This document shows, one piece after another, positions 1 through 12,552 of a DNA stretch of 64,000 bases; positions within the stretch are counted from its first letter, which is position 1, and each line of letters opens with the position of its first letter. The stretch covers positions 270,940,001 through 271,004,000 of the forward strand of contig OZ024740.1 of NCBI GenBank assembly GCA_964016885.1, given 5' to 3'. Made by a program: the position numbers and the translations under genes. The notes below the pieces were generated by a model, which was not told the origin of the DNA, searched no databases, and saw nothing but the letters and a program-made list of their open reading frames with translations. The stretch comes from Eledone cirrhosa. Taxonomy: Eukaryota.

Positions 1-431
1 CTTGCAATACTATCATATAGTCTGGTGATATTCGTTTTCAAATCAATACACACTTAGAAAGAAATTTTAAGTAAGAATGGAGTTGTATTATGTATAACAA
101 AAGTTTAAAATTTGTATATGTATTTTTGATTTAGAATAAGAGATATGTTTGTTCATCACGGTAACAAGCTCGGTGTCATTGATCGCTATACACTAGTGCA
201 AAATATTTTATTCAAGAGTAACACTTATTTTACGAGTGCGCACCTATATGACGCGAATTAAAACCTTGTTAAAAGAAGGAATACTAAAAAATGTGACATC
301 TCAAGAAACCATTTTGATATTCTTAATGGCATCATCAGAATATATATTGTCTTGTTTACAAAGATTTATATTTCTAAATACATTTGTAGAGCAAGATATA
401 ACAGGATATAAGTAAGATCGGTAATGTAACA

Positions 432-604
432 TAATAATTGTTTCTACTATTGGCACAAGGCCAGTAATTACCAGTATTACTGGTACTTTATTTTATCGAC
501 CCCGTAAAGATGAAAGGCAAAGTTAACCTCGGCGGGTTTTGAACTCAGAATGGCAAGGGCCGTAACTCTACGCGTCAAAGCATGGCGTCCGACCCTCTAC
601 CGAT
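432..604 (-). mobile_element. tRNA-derived SINE family A copy (head slightly truncated)
   Basis: Reverse complement has a B-box-like GAGTTCAAA and the core gcctttcatc...ggggtcgataaaataaagtaccag shared by >20 copies in the window. Confidence 0.85.
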
Positions 605-820
605 AATAATGCTTTCTGATTTAGGCACAAGGCCAGCAACTGGGGGAAGGGGAAATTTGATTAAATCGACCGCAGTAAGTTGCTGGTACTTTATTTTATC
701 GACCCCTTTCTTCCTTACGGGGTTGATAAAATAAAGTACCAGTAACGTACTGGGGTCGATTTAATCGAATTTCCTCTTCCGCAAATATTGTTGGCCTTGT
801 GCCTAGATTAGAAACCACTA
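605..820. mobile_element. Two partial SINE A 3' halves in inverted orientation
   Basis: ggtactttattttatcgacccc followed by ggggttgataaaataaagtacc, both with aggcacaaggcc-type tails. Confidence 0.75.
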
Positions 821-825
821 TTATA

Positions 826-1019
826 CAATAACTGTTTCTACTTTAGGCATAAGGCCAGAAAATACCCAGTGCATTACTGGTACTTTATTTTATCGACCCC
901 GTAAGGATGAAAGGCAAAGTCAACCTCGGCGGGATTTGAACTCAGAATGGCAAGGGCCGTAACTCTATGCGTCAAAGCATGGCGTCCGACCCTCTACCGA
1001 TACTGCCAATCCACCGCCC
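826..1019 (-). mobile_element. Full-length SINE family A copy
   Basis: rc begins gggcggtggattggcagtatcggtag (A box), then gagttcaaatcc (B box), core and tail. Confidence 0.9.
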
Positions 1020-1064
1020 TTATACTATTATACAATAACACTATATAGTTACAACCATTTACGT

Positions 1065-1200
1065 TTTTAGTTCAAATCCCGCCTTTCATCCTTATGGGTC
1101 GATAAAATAAAGTACCAGAAACTTACTGGGGTCGATTTGCTCGACTTTGCCCATCCCCAAAAGTTGTTAGCCTTGTGTTTAAATCAGAACCCATTATTAT
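1065..1200 (+). mobile_element. Partial SINE family A copy
   Basis: agttcaaatcccgcctttcatcc...gtcgataaaataaagtaccag. Confidence 0.75.
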
Positions 1201-1541
1201 GTTCTATATATCCTTTCTTTCTCTTACTCTCTCTCGTCTCTCTCACCTTCTTAAACCTTCCTTTCCTTTATATTTAATCTAAGTAACAATAACATGGTGA
1301 ATATTGGAGGTACGTTGAGGTGGTGGGTAAACTTAGCTTGGTCCATTCAGGTGGTCAACAGTCTTAGCGTTATTCATATCCTGATACATCTAACTATACA
1401 TACGAGCTTTATCTGTTTATATGTTTAAATAGTTTCTTAATATGATCACAAATCGAATTCCGTTTCTCGTGTCAACTCTATTAACTCTTCGATCATAGAA
1501 AACAATATATTTCATTAAAGATATACAGAGAATAAGATAAA

Positions 1542-1577
<36 letters not shown>

Positions 1578-1637
1578 TTATATTAAGCTTAATATATATA
1601 TATATATGTATATATATATATCCTTATATTAAGCTTA

Positions 1638-1669
<32 letters not shown>

Positions 1670-1684
1670 CCTTATATTAAACTT

Positions 1685-1754
<70 letters not shown>

Positions 1755-2444
1755 CTTTACAAGATGTCTTCCGAATAGGAAAGAGTCATTTTATCGTTAA
1801 TTGTTATTACCTTTCAGTATATCCCCGCCTCCCTAGAGACATCATTAACTGGGAGAATAGTATAGTAATTATGTTGAAACTCCGAACAATTGTGTAAGAT
1901 TTTAACTGAAAATAATGAAGATCTTTTCATGAGAAGACGACGACGACGACGAAGAAGAAGAAGAAGAATATTTAGAGTAAGGGTGAGATGCAATGCAGGT
2001 AGGAGAGGTGTAATCCATTAAGCCATTATGTGTATGTGTGTATCTACATAGTATTATTTATCAGACCTTATAACCCCTATTTTAAACCAATTTTTCCCTC
2101 GGTAATATCTTTAAATGGTTTCTGTGAAATCGATATTGTCTCTTGATCCTATTGGAAAAAAACACACCTACAATAGAATGACTGATGTTTTCTGTTAACT
2201 GCTTCATTTAACTTGGCACTCTAAGCCATTATTTCTCAACTGGTGTCTCTCGGAACCCTAGCGTTCCGCAAGAGGTCCCTACAGTTCCGGGAAAAACAGT
2301 GATAAATAAGCTAATGGATTTTTCAATAATTTTGTTTCATTTATATTCATAATTTTACTATACACATACGCCATATTGTTGGAAAATTCTTGGTTATTTT
2401 TAATAAACACTTCAACTTCTTATATTATTTAAAACTAGGTCGTT

Positions 2445-2620
2445 ATTTTCTTTTTCTTTTCATTTCTTTTCTTTTCTTTTCTTTTCTTTTCTTTTCTTTT
2501 CTTTTCTTTTCTTTTCTTTTCTTTTCTTTTCTTTTCTTTTCTTTTCTTTTCTTTTCTTTTCTTTTCTTTTCTTTTCTTTTCTTTTCTTTTCTTTTCTTTT
2601 CTTTTCTTCTTTTCTTTTTC
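2445..2620 (+). repeat. (TTTTC)n simple repeat
   Basis: Direct reading; explains the FLFFS ORF. Confidence 0.95.
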
Positions 2621-2754
2621 TGGTTATTTTTGCACTGCCAATAAATTTGACAAAAAGGGGGTCATTTTTTCCTTAAACCAGTTATCCGAAAAAAAATATA
2701 TTATGATTACCATGTAACTACGATAAAAAAAATAAGAGATATATATTTTCGCTA

Positions 2755-2972
2755 AATCGGACCGATTTAGCGAAATCGTTAAATCGGACCGAATAAACAA
2801 TGTTTCCGTTGGACTTTCCAATACTATCTATCCGTCGCAACTCCAGGTAGAAGGAGCAACGTGAAATAAAGTGTCTTGTTCAAGGACATAGCGCATCACC
2901 CGGTCTAGGAACCGAACTAACAACCTCAAGATTGCAGATCCAGTTCGCTAACCACTCAGCCACATGCCTTCA
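2755..2972 (-). mobile_element. tRNA-derived SINE family B copy
   Basis: rc gaaggcatgtggctgagtggttag...gtccttgaacaagacactttatttcacgttgctcc; matches 10452-10612 and 57970-58177. Confidence 0.8.
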
Positions 2973-2995
2973 CTAGATATGTGTTAATATATATA

Positions 2996-3188
2996 ATAAT
3001 TGTTTCTACTTTTGGCACAAGGCCAGCAATTACCCAGTGCATTACTGGTACTTTATTTTATCGACCCCGTAAGGATGAAAGGCAAAGTTAACCTCGGCGG
3101 GATTTGAACTCAGAATGGCAAGGGCCATAACTCTATACGTCAAAGCATGGCGTCCAACCCTCTACCGATACTGCCAATCCACCGCCCT
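2996..3188 (-). mobile_element. Full-length SINE family A copy
   Basis: Near-identical to 826-1019. Confidence 0.9.
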
Positions 3189-4650
3189 AATATATATAAT
3201 AATGGAACATAATAATTGTCATGCAGGGGTTCCCTGAGACAAGAAAACTATTTTAATGGTATTATAAGGGTAAAAGGGTTGAGAAACGCTTCTCTATGCT
3301 AACAAAACAAATACTCGCTAACAATACAGTATTCAATACTCTACAAACTTAGTTATCTACGTTTCTTTGGGATTTGTGAAGTTAGTATTTTCTTCCTGTA
3401 AAAACGAATATAATTAAAACTCCCTACATTCTCCATGTCTTCTACACTTGTCTCCCTTTCTCATGTCGCTTTGTCTTTAAAATTCAGATCACTGCTTCAA
3501 GTTCATGAAGTCTTTCTCTTTACTTTCCTCGCTTCGTTTTAATTATTTAGTTATGACTGTTAACTCATTCCCTGTCCTCCCACATCGTTTGCTTTTCTTA
3601 TGCTTTAACTCCTTTTGTCCATTTGCTCTGCATTCTCACTTATATTCTAATTCACTTGACTTAGCCGTCACCGTCACCTATATGCTTGCTACAACATTTG
3701 ATCACCCATAGTTTAATTTACTTTTTTCCACGTTGGCCAGTTTCATAGTATTCACACTTCCTCCCACACTATTCATACTACCTTTCTCCCCTTTCCTCAT
3801 CATATTTATCCCTTCATATAACCTCTTCTATTCTTCCATTTCTTATTTGAAATATCTGTGCCTGTTGTATTAAGGCCTCTATATCTATCTTCTCTTTGAA
3901 AAAGAACAAATGTCTTAAACGTTAGATTTTCTACTTCTCACGGCATGTAAACAGTTATTTATTTTTATTTTACGCTACAAAATTTATGGATTAAAGTTTA
4001 CCAAAGCCGACTACCGCCACCACCAGTTTCAGATTTAACCTGTTTTTGTTGTTTTCTTCGCAATCGACCATTGTCCTATTAGATATTTAGCACTTACGAT
4101 TACATAAGTATGCTTATCTAAACAGATATTAATCAATGCATGTTATTCTCCATATAAATATATGAGTGTGTGAGAAGGATAGAAAGAATTGAATACGAGT
4201 GGTTTATGTACATCTACCGATGTACATAAAATATATATCGTAGATATACGCCCATGAACCTAAACAATGCAATTTTAGTTCGTTTAAGCGAGATATTTCA
4301 TCATTGAGAGTGCACAGTGACTCGTCAGGTAGTCAGTACTATGATTTATGTGTATGTGAATTAAACAAACTGGAAGAATAGACCTTAAACACATCAAACA
4401 ACGAAAATCTTACATATTAGTTACAAGTTATTTTGCAGTAAACTTAGATGTTTCATTATATATTCGATTTTTAATTGGTTATTATAGTATAGACAGTTGA
4501 GTCGCAAAATATATAGTAGTTGTCACAAGTAATTGGAATATGAATTGATCAGGGACGGATAAATAACGAAGTGGTCATTTTATACATCAACAAGAATAAT
4601 AACTGATGGGGTATGCATTCAGCATTTATTAGAATTATGTGTCAGTGTTG

Positions 4651-4849
4651 TACAAAGGTCAGCTGAAAAGTTCATAGGCTGACCAAGATACTCTCATGCA
4701 ATGAAATTACCAAGTGAGGTTTATTTTTCAACATAGTCCCTGGAAAGAAGTTATTATTAAGAAGGGTTGAAATTAATGAATTCAAGACTCCACAGTTCTA
4801 GCATCAATCCTTCATAATCAGCCTATGAACTTTTTAACCGACTCTTGTG
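4651..4849. mobile_element. Mariner-type MITE
   Basis: TIRs tacaaaggtcagctgaaaagttcataggctga / tcagcctatgaactttttaaccgactcttgt; related copies at 24731 and 48139. Confidence 0.65.
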
Positions 4850-5399
4850 CGTATATACATAAGAATATATTCAGTATATGATAATAAATATTTTATACAT
4901 TGTCAAGTTCTTTAGTTTTTTCCCTTTAGGTAAGGTGAGGTTACGTTCATATATTTCTCATTTCTCTCTTGGTCTTTGAATATACACTCGTTTTATTGAG
5001 AATTTATAGTGTATTTTCAAAAGAAATACGCAATTGGGCTGCTTTGCAATTAATGACAGTTTCAATATTGCCCTGATTCGAATTTTAATCAGCATTACTA
5101 TAAAGGATTAAATGTAGCCCAATACATGTAATTCATTTGTCAAGCAGTGCCTTTAGGGCTATATATAATATACTTCTAATATTTTCTCAGGTCACTACTA
5201 CTAACAAGTAACACGTAATCCAATATAAACTGTTACATGAGCGAGTCCTCAGCAACTAAAGCGGCACTTTTACAAAGTTAGTAGTTTCAACGGCTATCTA
5301 TCATTAGTACTTGTGTTTGAGATTAAGGGCACAATATTACCACTAGGATTAATGAACCCCTATTTATAGTCAGAACATTTGTCTAGATAATGGAAAGCT

Positions 5400-7560
5400 T
5401 CAAATTCAAAACTGCAATGTCTTGCACGTTTCACTTTGTTAAATACAGAGTTTAAGATTTTAACCAAGTTTTTAGCAAATAGGTTGGCACTTGTTATCGG
5501 TAAATTTGTCAGGAAAGTGTAAACACACACAATCATGATATATTCAAATACTCCACTTCACACGATACATCACCTTCTGTGAAGCCGTAATCAATTTGGA
5601 TTACTCAAAATATTTCGATAGGATTTACCATAGTTACTTGAATGCTCTCTTCAACGCGACCGATGATTTTTGTCTTATTTTCTTTGGCTGAACTACAGAT
5701 ATTCACAGCAACACCTTCACAGGTGTCAGAAAAATGGTTAACTCTCAGAACCCTTTGGTATTGCGTGCTAAGTAAAACAGGGGTATCCTCTATCACCTCT
5801 TCTGTATTTACTGGCTCTCAAATCACTGATGCGGGGGTTCTGCTGTTGTGCAGGGGTATCAATTTTGAACTGGGATAAGAGAGATCCGTGTCAGCGTATG
5901 AGAACTACATTACTATGATGTTGTTGGACACCATAAACGTGCAGCTTGGCACCTGCCGAGGCATGTCCATGTCATTAGACAACATCATGAACCATTTTTC
6001 CAACGGACCGGTTCAAATGCTTGGGGTTTAATTCAAGTATATAGGAAATGGGACAAGGGTATGAGCAGTCGGGACTAGTCCCACTCAAAAAAGGGGTGAG
6101 TGTAAGTTATCGGGTAGAGGAGACGAAAGCTTATATCGATTCCGTCATAGTTTACCGTCTCACCATCGCCCCTTATCCCAGTTTCCGTTTGTCTCAAATA
6201 TGCGCAAGACGATGAAAGTGTTTTGCATGCTAACGCAGAGTATCCGTGCAGTTTAGACTTGTGAGATTGTACTGAACAGCTTCTATCACGTGTACAAGTC
6301 CGACCACAACCTCATCAACCTCTTCAAGTAGTAGTGGGTGATTGAAACGCAGTGATACGTAGGGGCAGCTACAGGACAGTGGGTGCGAAAGCCTTACAGA
6401 CTTGCTCAGGCACGTTCAACAGTCTCACATTTTCGTATGGATTTCCAAATTGCGCCAATATGGACATGGACAAATCGCAACGAGTCATATATCATATTTA
6501 GATAGTTTTCATGGGAGTGGAAGTTGTCAAATGTTGAGGATAGTGGGGTACATTGGACTACAAATGTATTACCTTTACAGTCAGGTTAGAACAAATTAAT
6601 AGACTGGTTACTGGAAATTGAATGTTTCCATCCCCGCGTGGAAAGAATTCAGAAGTCGGATTAGGGAACTAATCAAACGACAACTGACCTGAGCTATCAA
6701 AAACAACAGATGGTGGGTTTCGTTAAAGGATAGAATAGTGTCAGTGAGGTTCAGCAAAGGGTTAGCAACAGAAAACTGCAGAGTAGAGCAGGAATTAGTT
6801 GTTCGTTTAGAAGAACTATATAGAAGAGGCATTGCACCTGACATGCCTGCCGTGAGAATGGCTCTCGACGCGAAGCATGAGGGGGGGATTGTACATACTA
6901 AGGCGAGTACATCCAATGAAGCTGTTCCATGGGCCCCGGTGGCAAAAATACAACACTCGATGATATCCACAAGTTGATCTCTGACGAACCTCAAAGGAGA
7001 CGTACAATCTAACCCGAGTAGATGTGTGCAGTTTTCCAACAGTAATTTTCTGGACTTTTTACGAGGAGCAGCGATCTGGAGACGAAAGACTACAGCTCCT
7101 GTTTCAAAAGCCTGCCGTGACTGTCGAGCAGGGAGGTGATGTGTTGTGAAATACCGATCCCAGCTATCAGCCGGGTCTATAGTGAAAATTGAAAGGTCTG
7201 GCACGTCTTCATTTGCTTGGGAGTTATAGCAAAGGAAGCTATACGCTGGATTGGTCTAGAATTATTGAGGACAGGACCCATCCTCTCCAGCCAAGACGTT
7301 AACAATTTATTCAGATTCCACATGAAAAGGAATGTGTAAGTAGAGAGGGAGGTACTGCCTTCTGGCGTACTTTATGACAACGATGAGATTGGCAGTGCTC
7401 TACATTCCTCTCCTGACTAGGAAAGAAGCCGAGAGAGCGTCAATGCCCTTGAGGTAACAGAATAATTCGAGATTTAGTATGGGCTTTCTCCCTGGAATTA
7501 CCCTAAACTGCAGCCCTCCACTATTGAGGAACTTGTATTTGTTGACTTTTCTTATTATGT
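5400..7560 (+). pseudogene. Decayed L1/Tx1-clade LINE ORF2 (reverse transcriptase and C-terminus)
   Basis: Translated across frameshifts: TLLNTEFKILTKFLANRL, INLDYSKYFDRIYHSYL, QGYPLSPLLYLLAL, SVSAYENY (decayed YADD), GPVQMLGV, and C-terminal FICLGVIAKEAI...FHMKRNV*VEREVL. Confidence 0.85.
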
Positions 7561-7570
7561 TCTACTGTTA

Positions 7571-7789
7571 GGACGGTGGATTAGCAGTATCGGTAGAGAA
7601 TCAGACACCGTGCTTTGTAGCATAGAGTTACGGCCCTTTATGGTCTGAGTTCAAATCCCGCCGAGGTTAAGTTTACCTTTCTTTCTTACGAGTCGATAAA
7701 ATAAAGTACCAGTAACGTTCTGGGGTCGATTTAATCGACTTTCCCCTCCCCCAAATTACTGGCCTTGTGCCTATACTAGAAACCATTAT
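7571..7789 (+). mobile_element. SINE family A copy
   Basis: ggacggtggattagcagtatcggtag...gagttcaaatcccgccgagg, then core and tail. Confidence 0.85.
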
Positions 7790-7969
7790 TTTCTATTGTT
7801 ACGTATATTTATTACAATTTCTATTATTATTACACTAACAGATGTCTCTTCAGTGGTGCCCCTTTCGTTTATATGGCGTAAACACCACTCTGTTTTGTTT
7901 TTTGTTTTGTTTTTCTTTTTGTAATGTCCCCAGTATCATGGATCCTTGTCACCACTCAAAGAAACCATA

Positions 7970-8027
7970 ATTATCATCATCCACATCATTATCATCATCA
8001 TCATCGTCGTCGTCGTCGTCGTCGTCG

Positions 8028-8084
<57 letters not shown>

Positions 8085-8097
8085 TCATCATCATCAT
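7970..8097 (+). repeat. (CAT)n/(CGT)n trinucleotide repeat
   Basis: Direct reading; explains the poly-H/poly-R ORF. Confidence 0.95.
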
Positions 8098-8797
8098 GTT
8101 GATCATTATAACGACGGTGTAGATAGTGAAATTATATAGCTGACGTCAATAGATGCACTGTATATCTATGAAGATGTTGCTATCTCGCGCCATTTATGAC
8201 GCACACATCACGTGATGTTCTTGACACAAAACTCAAATCGAAGAAAAAACAAACCTCCTAAATATAATTTTACACATACACACATAAGAGTGTTTGTATG
8301 TGTGAGTGTGTGTGTGTGTTTGTGTGCATAAGTAGATTCCCGAAGGGGATCGGCGATGCGATCATAGTTACAAAAAGGTACTCAGTACGTTGGTAGAGTA
8401 TAAGCAAATTTATTATATATACAAATGACTTTTACGGGACTAGAACTGTTTCATTCGTATTAAATCAAGGCGAATCTGACATTTCATGAGAATAAAACAG
8501 TTCTAGTCTTGTAGAAGTAATTTCTCTCTCTCTCAGCTATACTCTACTATCCCAAGTATCTAGTAATCTGTTGAGTAATTGTCTAACTTGTTTTATCTGG
8601 TTCCATCCTGATATATATGTATATATATATATAGATAGTTAAAAGAATAGAGGTGTAACACACAAGTTATTATATATTGGTAAACGGAATAGAAAATGCT
8701 GACAAATTGTTCACAGTTGAAAAATGGTTTAATTAGGAATAAAAGAGTATTAGTGATTGTATGGGTTAGTATTCAGTTGTGGTTTTAAGTTTTTAAG

Positions 8798-8836
8798 TTT
8801 TTACCGGTTGCGCATTTCTAAATGCTTTTCAAAAAT
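8798..8836 (-). ncRNA. Variant hammerhead-like motif (UUGAAAA...GCAAC-CG-GUA)
   Basis: rc ttt TTGAAAA gcatttagaaatgc GCAAC cg GTA aaa; stem II gcatt/aatgc, palindromic stem III ACCGGT. Confidence 0.5.
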
Positions 8837-9139
8837 AATTTTGAGATAGAGTGTCCGTGCTGTTTGCTCTGATCTGATTAGTTTTGGGAATTCTACCTGT
8901 TTTTATGTTAAAAAAGTGGCTCCAATTTGCAAACATTCTTGTGGTCAAAACAATTTTGATTGGTCGGTAGAGGTCATGTGAATGTAAAAAATTGATTTTG
9001 CGCCAAAACGGTTTTTATGTTAAAAAAGTGGCTCCAGCAAAAATTCTTGTGGTCAAAACAATTTTGATTCGTCGGTAGAGGTCATGTGAATAAAAAATTG
9101 GTTTTGCGCCAAGATTGAGAAATGACTCTTTCACAACAA

Positions 9140-9249
<110 letters not shown>

Positions 9250-9318
9250 TAGTAGTAGTAAGGTGTTCGATGTTGTGATAATGGTTAGCAGCGATGTGTG
9301 TCAAATGGCTATTAAGGT

Positions 9319-9361
<43 letters not shown>

Positions 9362-9716
9362 GCCGAGTAATTTGTGGTGGCAGGGATGGTTAGTAAGAAT
9401 GTGTCTGAAAGCAATGGGGGGTATTTTAGCATGTCAAAAGATATTTTTCAGCTTTTGTCTTATACGGAGAAGTGCGTGTGTGTGTGTGTGTATATATAAG
9501 TCTCTTTGTATGTTGATGTACGCGTGTGTATGTGTGTGTGTATATATGTGTGTGTGTGTGTGTGGGGGTGGACCAGTATTTTTTTCCCCCTGGTAAAATG
9601 GTGTACATTATTCGATTTTTTCAGTAAAATCGGTTCTCTTAATAGAACATCAAAAATCTTAACAAAAAAAGGTGTGAAATGATATTCACTATATATATAT
9701 ATACACATACATATAT

Positions 9717-9814
<98 letters not shown>

Positions 9815-9954
9815 TACATATATATATGCACATATAATTTTTTGTGTTGCACCATAGAGCATGTGTGTTTACGTATGTCATTGTGTTTATATGTGGGTAG
9901 AGATGTGTGCTGATGTAGGTATGTATGTTGACGTGTGTATGTTGTGGGTTTGTC

Positions 9955-10419
9955 TTAGGGAGAAGTGTTTAGACGGGGTCTGTATTTGTTAATGAAGTAA
10001 GATTCCTTGCTGATGCGCTGGGTGTGGGTGGCATTATCTTTAAATTTGTAGAGGGGAAAGATTCTGAAGTTGGGATGATTTTGGGCGGCACAGGTATCAA
10101 TGTGTTCACTCAGTGGTATTTTCCTGTATTCCCGTATTTTGATTTGGGATCTATGGACAGTCATGCGTTGGCGGAGGCTGTTTTTGGTATGGCCTATGTA
10201 TTGTTCTCGACAACCTGAACAAGTTAATACATATATTAGATTTTCCGATGCGCATGTGAAATTGTCTTTTACTATAAAACGTTGTCCATCTTTGAAATAG
10301 AATTCCGAACCCTCTATTAGGTTGATGCAAATGCCACAGTTGGGTCTATCGGATTTTTTTACTGTGAGTTTCGTTGTTGTGGTTGGCAGTACTTTGGCAT
10401 GTGTTAAGATGTTTTTCAT
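9955..10419 (-). CDS. PLE GIY-YIG endonuclease domain (C-terminal fragment of the PLE ORF)
   Basis: NCGICINL...FTCASENLIYVLTCSGCREQYIGHTKNSLRQRMTVHRSQI...LSEH...KESYFINKYRPRLN. Confidence 0.85.
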   Translation of the reverse strand: MKNILTHAKVLPTTTTKLTVKKSDRPNCGICINLIEGSEFYFKDGQRFIVKDNFTCASENLIYVLTCSGCREQYIGHTKNSLRQRMTVHRSQIKIREYRKIPLSEHIDTCAAQNHPNFRIFPLYKFKDNATHTQRISKESYFINKYRPRLNTSP

Positions 10420-10451
10420 TGACTTGAGATATATATAGATATCGACAGTCG

Positions 10452-10612
10452 ATCGAATTTCGTCAAATCGGACCGAGGAAACAATGTTTCCATTGGTCTT
10501 TCTAATTGCTAATACTCTCTATCGGTCGCAACTCCAAGTAGAAGAAGAAACGGGAATCGAACTCATAACCTCACGATTGTGAATCCAATTCTTTAACCAC
10601 TCAACCACGCGT
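10452..10612 (-). mobile_element. SINE family B copy (internally deleted)
   Basis: Matches 57970-58177. Confidence 0.75.
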
Positions 10613-11090
10613 CTTATATATATGTATGCATATCAAAAGTGGAACTATACAGTCAAATCTCATAGGAGAGTAGACAGACTTATAGATTGTAATTGCCGGC
10701 AACAGAATGAGGCAGTTGCTCAATGTTTATATCATCAAAACAAGTGTTAAGAGAAGAGTTTGGTTATTGTGTGGTAAAAGTTGGTGATGCATTTAAACTA
10801 CAATAATAAAAAACATAGCGATGAACATATTCCTCAAATTTATAAAAACACGGAAAAAAATCAATTTCAACTAACTTTCTGTAAATTGGAATTATATGGT
10901 TTCGTTGATTTCTACTGTCTGTTTTATACGTGATTATAAATTGAAATACCACTCTGAAAAAGGTATCTGGTGTATGATTTGTTCGAAGTCCGTTCATTAA
11001 CGAAAACAAATTCTTCGTAAGTGACACAGAAGAATTCATTTCACAAAAACTGTTTTTAATGAAAGTAGGTTGATTTTCTTCAAATACTTT

Positions 11091-11220
<130 letters not shown>

Positions 11221-11281
11221 GTGTTGAAACAATATTTGTTTCAACACACGATTTCATATCAAAAAAACTTGCAAAACAAAT

Positions 11282-11333
11282 ATATTCAGAAGATCCCGTT
11301 CAGGGTGAAAGCAGCGATTCGCTGCTTAAATTT
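11282..11333 (+). ncRNA. Hammerhead-like motif with CAGAAGA (U4A) core
   Basis: CAGAAGA tcccgttcagggt GAAA gcagcgattcgctgc TT; 8-bp stem III agcagcga/tcgctgct; stem I weak in this copy; relative at 30072-30122. Confidence 0.5.
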
Positions 11334-11343
11334 TAATCTGTTA

Positions 11344-11429
<86 letters not shown>

Positions 11430-11431
<2 letters not shown>

Positions 11432-11774
11432 CGTTTTGGAAGCATCAACAATGTAGGTGGGTAAATCTCCAGGTAACAGAATCCGGTGGTGAAGAGAGAG
11501 ATGTAAGGGAATGTAGAATGAGATGTATAGTGTGTAGAGGAACGTAGGAATGAGCGAAAAAAATAAAAACAATAACACGAGATAGAGTTACCTTGGGAGA
11601 GATTTAATTGTCCCTATATTTCGGATTCGCATCCATAAACTGGGGGTTTTCCGGGGGAGGGGGGGGGCGTATCTGTCGGAGAGGAACGGTACGTGGTCTC
11701 TGTTGTCCGCTGTTTGTGTGTAACTGAACAAAAAAATTCTTATTATTCCACAATGCTTCAAGCAAACTTTAATA

Positions 11775-11780
<6 letters not shown>
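11430..11780. mobile_element. TA-flanked repeat (PLE pseudo-LTR-like) with an inverted segment
   Basis: Homologous to 22100-22815; the ttccacaatgcttcaagcaaactt segment is inverted relative to the rest. Confidence 0.55.
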
Positions 11781-11866
<86 letters not shown>

Positions 11867-12049
11867 GTAGATAGTACGATGAAATACTGGAGTTGGCACC
11901 AAATCAAGCACTCTATGCACAGGCAGAATGTATATAATAGAAAAAAAGCGAGGAAGTTTCGTTTACATATGAAAATTATTTATTGCGTACCGACCAGAAT
12001 CGCGCGTAACAGGTCGATACACGATTTTTTTCTATTATATATATATATA

Positions 12050-12255
12050 CTCTTTTACCTGTTCCAGTCAACCGGATGAGGCTATGCTGGGGCACCGCCC
12101 TTGTTGCTATACGTTCTATCTCCAGGCTGTGTTCGCTGCCCATTGGTATAGTAGGGGGTTCGTTGCTGCTGCCCTTAGGTTCCTTTCGTACCTCACTGAG
12201 GGTTCATCCGGGATCCTAGATAGCAGAGAATCAAGTTGTTTCTTGAAAACATCCA
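12050..12255 (-). mobile_element. CR1/L2-type LINE 3' end
   Basis: rc translates DVFKKQLDSLLSRIPDEPSVRYERNLRAAATNPLLYQ, followed by a short 3' tail. Confidence 0.6.
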
Positions 12256-12513
12256 GCAGAAGTAAGGGGGACAACCGTCTATGCATTTCAGGCTTAACTG
12301 GCCTTCGTCAGGTCGGTCCTTCCCACCGTTTGCGACTGCTGGACTAGAAGACAGCTGAGAATATATACTTTTCCGTCTGTGTAAATGGACATCACCAGCG
12401 GGCGTTAACCCCCCGGTGTTTGCATAGCTACGGCTTCCTAAAACTGTATTTCTTTGGAAATACGAAATATTTTTACATATTGTATAAAGCTATGCTTGAA
12501 GCGAAATCCTATT

Positions 12514-12548
<35 letters not shown>

Positions 12549-12552
<4 letters not shown>

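Larger units (their letters stand above)
2227..3291. mobile_element. hAT (Charlie-like) non-autonomous element with nested (TTTTC)n and two SINEs
   Basis: Termini cattatttctcaac / ggttgagaaacgctt; 8-bp TSD ctctaagc / ctctatgc (7 of 8 match). Confidence 0.7.

Noticed and set aside
826-1019. tRNA genes
   Set aside because: A/B boxes belong to multi-copy SINE heads with cores, tails and TSDs; no complete cloverleaf seen
1545-1755. Repeated tccttatattaagcttaatata units within (TA)n
   Set aside because: Explained by local microsatellite slippage duplication
3420-3960. Possible old PLE 3' end with an HHR relic (ctctttgaaaaagaac...aaacgtta)
   Set aside because: Too degenerate to pair stems or translate motifs
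6608-7204. 198-aa minus-strand ORF
   Set aside because: Antisense shadow of the decayed Tx1/L1 ORF2 on the plus strand
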